Shown in pieces: positions 55,423-64,000 of a stretch of DNA of 64,000 nt (positions are counted from its first letter, which is position 1; every line of letters begins with the position of its first letter). The notes beneath the pieces are model-generated. The model ran no database searches, was not told the DNA's origin, and saw nothing but the letters and a program-made list of their open reading frames with translations. A program made the position numbers and the translations under genes. Origin of the DNA: Flectonema sp. DT1601 (Eukaryota); NCBI GenBank assembly GCA_964019425.1, contig OZ025782.1, positions 1,178,001 to 1,242,000 of the forward strand, given 5' to 3'.

Positions 55423-58400
55423 TTAAGAATCTATTTTTACTACACCGCCACTAACATTTCCAAACTCATCAATCATTTCGATAACAACAGATAAACTAAT
55501 GTACTGATAATGAAGATCCAGACATCTATAAGAAAGAGATCTGATGAGGGAAGTTGCTTCCGTTGAAGTCGGTGAATCGAACCTTAAAGACAACTGGTGT
55601 GATTTGTTACCAGATACAAATGCTACTGGTCGTGACTTAGAACACGGGACAACTGACCCATTTAAATGATCAAGAGAGAATTCTAAAGGGTTAATGTTAA
55701 GTTCCAAAACATCATCAGGAGTTACCTCCATTCGTCTATTGCAATCATCAATATGAGCTGTTAATATTCCGATATTAAAACAATCCCTCACAGTCTCTGT
55801 GTAAGGTATCAAGCTAAGATATGATCCTGAATACCTCCTTGGAAAGCATGCAGTGCCATCGATTATTGGACCGACTAAATTAATAGTTTGAATTATGTTT
55901 GGTGTGTGTTTATTATTCTCTGATCCAATTGGCATTAGTAGTATTTGAACCTCTCTTTCGGTTCCTCGATCTTTAAAATTAGGTCTACTTGATTTATAAA
56001 CTATCCTCTGACAGAGTGCTTCAACCGCTCGTAGCGGAGCGTTTGATAATTTAATACTAATTGCTTTCTGTCCTCGATTTGTTTTTGATACTTTACCTTC
56101 GACGAATCCAATCTTTTCTTCACCACCGTCAATGCTACACCAAATGCATCCACTTTCCTCAACTCGCAATAAGATCTTTGACTCTCCATATAACGTTCGC
56201 ATTGTTTGCTGTGATGCAGTTGTAGTGTTGTAGTCCGTGGATAAATCGAGAGATAAAATATCAAACATCGTAGATCCTGTTTTTTTTTTTTTTTTTTAAA
56301 CCTAAGATCTTGTAGAACAGAAGCTCTCAATAAGTTTTCAAATGAACAGTAACGTAGTTCATATCGTACTTTGAAGCGCTAAGGGGAAGAACCCGGAGAT
56401 GACATTCTCTATTGAACGTCGTCGGTATTTGGTGTTTGTTAGTTCCACCCAGTGCGATGGACTACTTGTTTCCGGCCATCTTCTCAGACTAGTGTAGCAT
56501 TTCGGGGCTTTTCGTGGTGTGCTTGGTGACTCTGGGTCTGGACGCAAACAGAAAGCTCCTGCCTTTAAAATTTATAATGGCAGGAGCATAATACGGAAAC
56601 TAGGAAGTAAGAAACTACCAAGGTAAAACATTCACGCCGACCAAGTTCGCAGCAACAGTTATTCACATCAAGACACATATTTCAGTTAATATCCAAGAAA
56701 ATTACCTCAGGCCTGCTTCAGAGAACCCCAATCATAACAAAAACAAACATGACTACAAAAGACTACAATCGAATAACTGCAATTACTGATTGACAAGATG
56801 AGAGGTGTGACAGGAGATTATAATAAATATGAAGAAAAAATACAAACCCGCAAGCATAACAACCAACAGACAATAACACCCTTGAAGTCTAGAACTTTCC
56901 GGCTGGACAATTCGAATGGATGGAGAAACTGATATTTGACATCCTTTGAGAGCATAGTCAATACAGTTTTTATTTGATATGAGAGAGATGCTTGTGTTAA
57001 GATCATGAATCGATAATTCTACTGAGTCTTTTTGAAGGAACTCGCCATCTGTAACTGATACGATGAGAAGTCCTGGTGGAGAACTTATCCCTTCATCCCA
57101 ATGAGAATAGCAAATGCTTGAAAAGATTTCATTAAAATCCTCAACAGTTGCGATGCATCCTTCTCTAATTGTATCAATCTCTATACTGTAATCTGACAGC
57201 ATTGTTACCTCACAAAGTTTTTGATCTTTACCACAGACAATCACCCACGACGAAGGATACTTCCCACTGCTATTCTCACCAACAGGACACACCCTCCACA
57301 GTAATGTGCTGATTACTAAATTCAGTCTATCTGTTTGTAGAGGTTGTTCTAGTTTTATTCTCATTTTTAGTTTTACGACTGCTCCCTCCGGGTAGCCCAG
57401 TGCAAACCGATTTGTAAAAAATAAAGAACCATGACCCCTTTTGTATGCCATTGAATTCCCTTTGATAAGTGTCATCATGGCAGGAAGGGCTTCAATTACG
57501 ATTGTTTGTTTCGATAGTTCTTCGTCTCTTTTGAATAGGGTTATTTGCATTCTTCTTTCATTTGCAAGGAACGGATATTTCGTATTTGAGAATGAAAGGG
57601 TCTGAAGAATCGATTCGAGATGATTACTTCTAGCGTTCGTATTAAAAAATACAACCAAATATAAACCTTTTGCTTGATAAGTCGCAATTACTTTTTTATC
57701 TATAATCACATTACAACTTTCATCGGTGATGTCTTTTAGAAACAACGCATCACGTGGATCAGACCCACCTACAATTTCAACAGTCAGTTTATATCTTAAA
57801 ATCTTTTGAGGTAAAGCCGATAAATCAACCGAACAACCAACGCCTATATTAATAGCTTCTGAATTACAAGCATGTTCACTTGACCATCTTTCAGGGGTAT
57901 ATCTGCAGCTGCGAGGTCTATATCGATATCTAGGTTGCATACTTATGCAGGACTTGATAGGCTTTGATGGTAAGACTTGTCTTGTGAATGATGAAACACC
58001 ACTTCTGTGATCAACGATTTGAAATGATATTCTTCTTGTTATTCCACAGTTGTCATCTATTCCTGAGGATGAGAAGACGATATTCGAAATGATTGACCAG
58101 GCTTCATCAATAAATATATTCCTTGTAACATTAGCCTGAGGGATTTGAGACACTGTTTGTTTTCTTGTTTTAGCAGGAGGAGGTTGACTAGTAGGATTCG
58201 ATCTGTATTTTGGTAACAACATAGCAGTCGCATCAGAGCATATTAGAGAGGCTTTCAATGCAAGTTTTGCTCGTTGAGTATCAGGAATAGATTTGTTACG
58301 TGGGCTTTCTGGTGTTGATTGTTCAATTTCTTGAAAGACTCTTTTGAATCTAATTAATAAAACAGAAGGACTGACGTATACTAATGCAACAAATTCATCA

Positions 58401-61400
58401 GAATGTTGAAATGTACAAGTTCTCACTTCCTTCCACTGAATACTACTGTCCCAATTTGAAAGATCAATCCCGTCTTCATGAACTAATTCATCCCTCTTAG
58501 CAACTCTGAAGTGTAATTCACTTCTTCTCATCACATCTAAGAAATCACCTGAAACAGGATTTTCTATTGTTATGGTTATCGTCGCATTTAAGAAATTTGC
58601 TTCTTCTTCTGCTATGCGAAAGTCTGGTTCTTGTTTGTTCTCACCAACCAGATGAACGATTCTACCCAACTGCGTCTGTGCTAAAGGTTCAGTGTTTAAA
58701 ACAGTAACTATCGGTGGTATGACGTGGATTAGACAGTACACTAATTCAAGTTTTTTATGACCAAGTGAAACTTGTAAAGAAATAGTCCTGACACCAACAA
58801 CATTAGAAGACATCGAGTAATAAATTTTATTTATTATATTGACGACACCATTAACTGACACTGCTTGGTCACTGGGTAAGTTAATTCGAACACAAGTACT
58901 ACCACTGGCAGAATGTTGAACCTCACCAACATCACCTGCAGCAGGAAGGAACTGAGGTTGCCTTCCTACTACCACATCAGACTTCTCAGGTAAGTCATTG
59001 TAAGTTAACTTATCACCGGGTTGTTCTCCTTGAATTATGTTCGCTTCGACGAATCCTCCTAAAATCGTACAGCTTTGTTTGTTGTTTTTATCATCTTTTA
59101 ATTCACACTGAGATGTTCCAGAGATTACACTTCCATCAGTTAGAGTAAATTCCGATCCATAAAACAAATTAGTTGGATGAGGATATCCAAGTCGAACGTT
59201 TATATGTGCCTCCGCCATTGTCATTTTAACTATGGGACAGTCACTGGAGATGTTACTTATCGCAAGTCGAGTATTTGAAAACCATTGCTGAGTTGATAAT
59301 TTTATTATAATTTCTTTTTGAACGTAATCTTGAGCATCAGTTAGTGCTAACCATATTCGTTGTAAGACACTCCTCACAGATGAAGGAAGACATCCACTTG
59401 GAAATATTATTTTCATTTCTTCCATTTGAGAGTTGAATTCCCCTTGGATAACCTTCGCTACTTCCTTTCCGTTTATAAATACTTTGTTTTGATGAGCTAC
59501 TGTTCTGGGGGTTTTTTCATTGTGATCTCCGGTGCCTTGGCGGGCTTTCTTGCGTCTCTCGTCAAGATAAGGAACATCTTCAGGAAGACCGAATCCAAAA
59601 TAACCATGGCTCTTCATCCAAATTGAGTTCCTTACCGATGGTGAAATCGTTAACAAAATCGGCCAATGAGACGTATGAAGAGCGAGAGATTCCTTTGCTG
59701 TCTCAACAACAGAACTGATGCTTTCACTGTTTGTAATTGAATCCGCTCCCGATTCAAATTCCTTATTTGGGAAAGTAACTGAAGCCACAGGACACAACAA
59801 TAAAGAAAGTTTATCACGTGAATAATATCTATGAATGGCTGCTATCAATGGAGGCTTCAACACATTCAATGACAGCGTCTCTGACCTACGAAGACAAAAA
59901 GTCCCTCCAGAAGATGGTACGCAAACTTGAGCCTCAAATGTTAATTGCAAAGTTCTATTCAACAAAAGTGATTCTGGAACACCTTGCTTAGAAAGACCAG
60001 CAGCTGGTACAAAACACAACGCTTCTAACAAAGTTGTTACAGCTGTTGGTTCTTCTGGACACACAACCTGAATAAATGTATCATCCTGATTGTGTAAGTC
60101 TTTTGCTAAGACACCAACGTGTGTACCTTTTGCATCTTTACTTTGTAATATAATACAACTCTTATCAGTGTTTTCATTAATTGCTGTTGGGAAGTGACTA
60201 TTTTTAGTAGTTTGAAGTAATAAAATATCCCCGTCAACATTATGCAAAAGATGAGCAGTTATCAATACCCGTTGAGTTGAAGGAGGTAATGAGGCAATCG
60301 TACTTCCAGTTTGAAAGACTGGAGTTGGTACTTCTGATGACATGCAGGTGTTTGGTTTAGAAAGTGAAACATAAAATAAAGCACCAGAGGTTAATTCTAA
60401 AAGTTTCCATTTGTGTAAAGATTCCAAGTGATCTCTCGCTTCACTTTGTTGTTGTTCCAGATTACGTAATCGTTTATTCATACATATGATGCGTTCTTCT
60501 TCTATTCGACGTTGTTCACAAGTAACGCAAAGTCTTTGTTGCCCGAGTAGTTTTTGGAATTCGACTCTCCACTGAACGTCGCGTTCCTTTTCTCGTTGGA
60601 GTTCGAGTCGTCGTTGTAATTCTCGTTCTTTTTCTTGTTGTCGCTCTTCTTTACGGAGTTGTCGCTCCATATTGATTTCTATTATTTCGGCTTCCCTTGC
60701 CGCGACTTCTGCCTGACGTTCTTTTTCACGAGTTTTCTCACGAGTTCGTTCAAGTTCTCGTTCAGTTTCACGAAGTCGGAATTGTTCACTTTCTTGTTGA
60801 CGGAGTTTCTCCTGATAACGTTCTGCTTCCCTTTCACGTTCTCTCTCTGCTTCGCGTCGAGTTTCTCGTTTGCGAAGATCTTCAATTTCTTCTTCTCTCT
60901 TACTCTCTCTAATTCGAAGTTGATTTAATTCATCTCTCAAGGCTTTTGTTTCAGTTTCTCTCTCGTCTTTTTCTTTTAAGATGTCTTGGAATCTCATTTC
61001 TCGTATTTCTTCATTTTCTCTCCACATTTCGAGCATCTCTTCTCTTCGTTGGTCGTTTTGTTCTAATTCTGCCATCTCTGCTTGTTCTCTTGAGACAGCC
61101 TCTTGTCCAAGTGATATAGAAACTTTTACAATCAGGTCTACTTTATTTTGAACATCGAGTAACTGTAAACTGAATTCTGTTGAAAGAGAATCGGTCTCAA
61201 GTTCCAAAGCACTTCTAACGGCAGCATTCGTACCGTCGATATTTATTCTACAATGATGAGGGTGTTTCTCTGTAACGGTTCTTAAGTAAGTTGTTGCTGT
61301 CGAGGGTTTCGGTTCTAAACCGTTTTCGCTCATGAGTCTGACTTCCTTACGGAACTTTGTGTATTTATTAGGTTTTAGTATGACAGTTAGTTTACTGTGC

Positions 61401-61615
61401 CTACTCACTGATGACTTGTGATCACTAACTGCTGTGTAACGTCTTCCTGCCATGTCTACAATATCAATATTTTCCTCATCAGGTATAGAAGTTATCGCAT
61501 TTGGGGGAGTTGGTACAACAGCTTTTCTTGTCTTCCTCCTCACAGGGGGTACAGAGCAAGGTATTGATGGAGAACATCTTGAAGCCCGTCTTGTGGGCTG
61601 CTCGTACACATCCAT
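55423..61615 (-). CDS. Giant protein (1873 aa): charged coiled coil followed by tandem divergent cadherin/Ig-like repeats; 2 exons (61615-56848, 56276-55423)
   Basis: Phase-1 intron 56277-56847 joins LLVVMLA-G-STMFDILSL, which fits the repeat consensus (...GDKLTY, ...GDFLDV, ...RDALFL). Confidence 0.72.
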
Positions 61616-61833
61616 ATGTGCTGCAGTGAAAACAAGACAATCAGCTCATTTCCCTTCACCAAGAATATTATTGCGTAACGACTGTTAAATATAATAACTA
61701 TCAGAGCTACCCATCGTTGTTAGCAAATCGAACTAAATCAGATAATAACACTAACTATGATGTCTTTGGGTTAATTGAGAAAATCTATTGGGCGAGTAGT
61801 GTAAATGAATTTCACTCTGCGTAAGCAGAGAAT

Positions 61834-61834
61834 C

Positions 61835-61866
<32 letters not shown>
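61834..61866. repeat. (CAA)11 microsatellite
   Basis: Perfect trinucleotide run just downstream of the stop at 61880. Confidence 0.95.
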
Positions 61867-61879
61867 ATAACTGAAATCA

Positions 61880-63127
61880 TTAAACTGTCGTCCAAGTTGT
61901 TGCGCTGTGCCGTCTGCCTGAAGTGCGTGGCGGACGAATTTCCAACAGTAGACTCTCTAATTTTAATAAACAGTTGTTCGATACTTCACCTCTGAGTGAT
62001 TCCATGAGAGGTTCAGAATGGGTTTCAAGTAACCCTCTTATGAATTCCATCGCCTTCGTGAGGTCAGGATCTGATATAACGTAAGCTGTTGTAGATAACG
62101 ATGGAGGGTTAGAATTGAAAATAGTATCCAGAAGTAGACCTAAGGAATCACTAAGTGGTGAACCTGACTTAGTCCAATTAGTGCTACACGACACAGCAAC
62201 GTCTGGAAAGTTTGTTAGCTGTTTTAAAACAGCACAAAGCCCATCCATTTGCTCTCCAAAACCATTACTTCCTCCGATCATAATCCAATTATCTAGAACT
62301 CCCCACTCATTAGGATTCTTTAAAGCAGGTAGAAACCAACAGTTAAACAACAAATGTTTTATCATAACGTTATTTGTTATTTCCTTTGCTAGCGGGTTGT
62401 TGTATTCTTTAGTTCCTTTCACAGTGATCAAACGAATATCGAAGGCTGGATCTTCTAAAAAACGAAGAACTCGATCATTGTGAAGCCTTTGCGTGAGAGA
62501 CAATACAAACCAAACAATGGAAGGAAGTTCCGATAGGATTATCCTCATCCTGTTTATGAATGATATTGCTCCAGACAGGATTCCCTCATCGGTTACAGCA
62601 TGGTGTTCAGCGTGAAGATCTGTGCGTGTGATGATTTGTGATATATCTCTTCTGGTTGTTACGACTGTTTTAATATTTCTAACACTTGCACCTAATACTT
62701 CCTGAAGATAGTCTTGTCCTTGCAAGACGCAGAGCTGTGTAAATAACAAAGTCACTACAGAGCTGTCAGGTATTCGTAAGACTTGCATTGTTGTGATTGG
62801 AGTCTTCATCTCCTCTCCTAACAACACTGATATTAAATTATTATTATCATCTCTGTTGTTTCTACCGTTTACCTGTACAAGTGCTAGTAGTAGTTTTGAT
62901 CTGTCAGTCACTGACGTACAGCAATTCAACAATTTTGATAAATGAATATAACCATATAAAGGATCCTCAATCCATCTCATAAGTGGTACGTAGTCACAGG
63001 CTTTCCTCACTACATATGTATCTCTCCAACTGTTCATTGGATATGTGCATCGTTGCCATCGTTTCATGTATAAATTTCTCCATTGAAAATCATTCCCCAG
63101 GGTGGTTTGAAAACGTACTTCTGACAT
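61880..63127 (-). CDS. Degenerate RasGAP-like protein, N-terminus resembles an F-box tail; 5' exons possibly missing
   Basis: VLRIPDSSVVTLLF...GQDYLQEVLGASV and LLFNCWFLPALKNPNEWG resemble RasGAP blocks; NDFQWRNLYMKRW resembles F-box-adjacent sequence. Confidence 0.65.
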   Translation of the reverse strand: MSEVRFQTTLGNDFQWRNLYMKRWQRCTYPMNSWRDTYVVRKACDYVPLMRWIEDPLYGYIHLSKLLNCCTSVTDRSKLLLALVQVNGRNNRDDNNNLISVLLGEEMKTPITTMQVLRIPDSSVVTLLFTQLCVLQGQDYLQEVLGASVRNIKTVVTTRRDISQIITRTDLHAEHHAVTDEGILSGAISFINRMRIILSELPSIVWFVLSLTQRLHNDRVLRFLEDPAFDIRLITVKGTKEYNNPLAKEITNNVMIKHLLFNCWFLPALKNPNEWGVLDNWIMIGGSNGFGEQMDGLCAVLKQLTNFPDVAVSCSTNWTKSGSPLSDSLGLLLDTIFNSNPPSLSTTAYVISDPDLTKAMEFIRGLLETHSEPLMESLRGEVSNNCLLKLESLLLEIRPPRTSGRRHSATTWTTV

Positions 63128-64000
63128 TTACATTTACATTTTTTTTTTTTTTTTTTTTTAAAGATAAGTTTTTATCTATTGATCCAAAGAATAGTTTTAG
63201 TACAAAATGATATTATAAAAATGATTACCACGGAATCTGCTTGGTGATGACTACTAGAACGTTTTTTTTTTTTTTTTTTTTTTCTTCTTCCCCTATTTTT
63301 TTTTTTTTCCATTCTGTGTCAAGCTCACACCTTTAATCGGTGCCTTCAAGACTCAAATAATTACTATCGCAAGCAGATTGCCACCTAGAATCGCAACGTT
63401 AAAAAGTTTTTCAACACAAAAAGAAAACTTTCCCATCTGGGAAAACACTCGCTGAGCACAATATGTAACAAATACCTGATAGAGAAACATGTCAAAAAAA
63501 AACATTTATTTTATTTTTTTTTTTTTTTTTTGAAAGAAGAAAATGAAAAAAAAAAAAAACCATTTCCCGCAAATGTTTTGTTTGTGCACGAAACCGTGAA
63601 CCGACTTAAACTGATAAAGCTAAAGGAGGTTTACGTGTGCTGCCAACATTCTTTTTCGTTCTTACAATACTTGTTAAATGCAAAAAAAAAAGAAGTCTCT
63701 TTGCGCACTATTAAAAAACAACAACAAAAATGCTACCTTGACTTTAACTTTGCGGAACTCGGTGGTTGAAAAACACTACCGAGTATTGCTTGTAGTAAAC
63801 ACGACCTGTGCGCGAGCGGAGATTTTTGTTGCTATCACAGTATAACACCTCACTTGCAATGCAAACAACAAAAAAATATAAAATAAAAAAAAACAACAGG
63901 CTACAATAATCACGAAGGTAGAGGTCAAAACCACGACCCGCGTAGCAAATAAGTTTTTTTTTTTTCTTATCTTAATAAAGTTGGTTTGATTACCCTTTCT

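Overview
AT-rich eukaryotic nuclear DNA, most likely a euglenozoan and probably a diplonemid-like one (inference: a paraflagellar-rod-family gene, a CRK1-type CDK, a fully unidirectional gene array and frequent short GT-AG introns). About 30 protein genes can be supported, all on the minus strand. By joining ORFs by hand I reconstructed 14 introns (13 well supported, one tentative), mostly 60-83 nt. Genes include an EML/WD40 protein, CDK, PH-AGC (Akt-like) kinase, CNBD K+ channel, PFR-like protein, acid ceramidase/NAAA, RPSA, CCDC124, SF-assemblin, a DEAD-box helicase fused to two UHM domains, a dead metacaspase-SAM fusion and a giant protein with adhesin-like Ig repeats. The most striking signal is two different 3' splice-site grammars: cis-intron acceptors are preceded by A/AC-rich tracts with no polypyrimidine tract, while AGs just upstream of start codons (putative trans-splice sites) carry U-rich tracts. 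Small repeats are also present: a TA-flanked MITE, a dispersed ~160-bp element, a 264-bp hairpin-bearing tandem unit and a decayed copy of a gene 3' end. All domain calls are by motif recognition, not database search. No tRNA, rRNA or CRISPR was seen.
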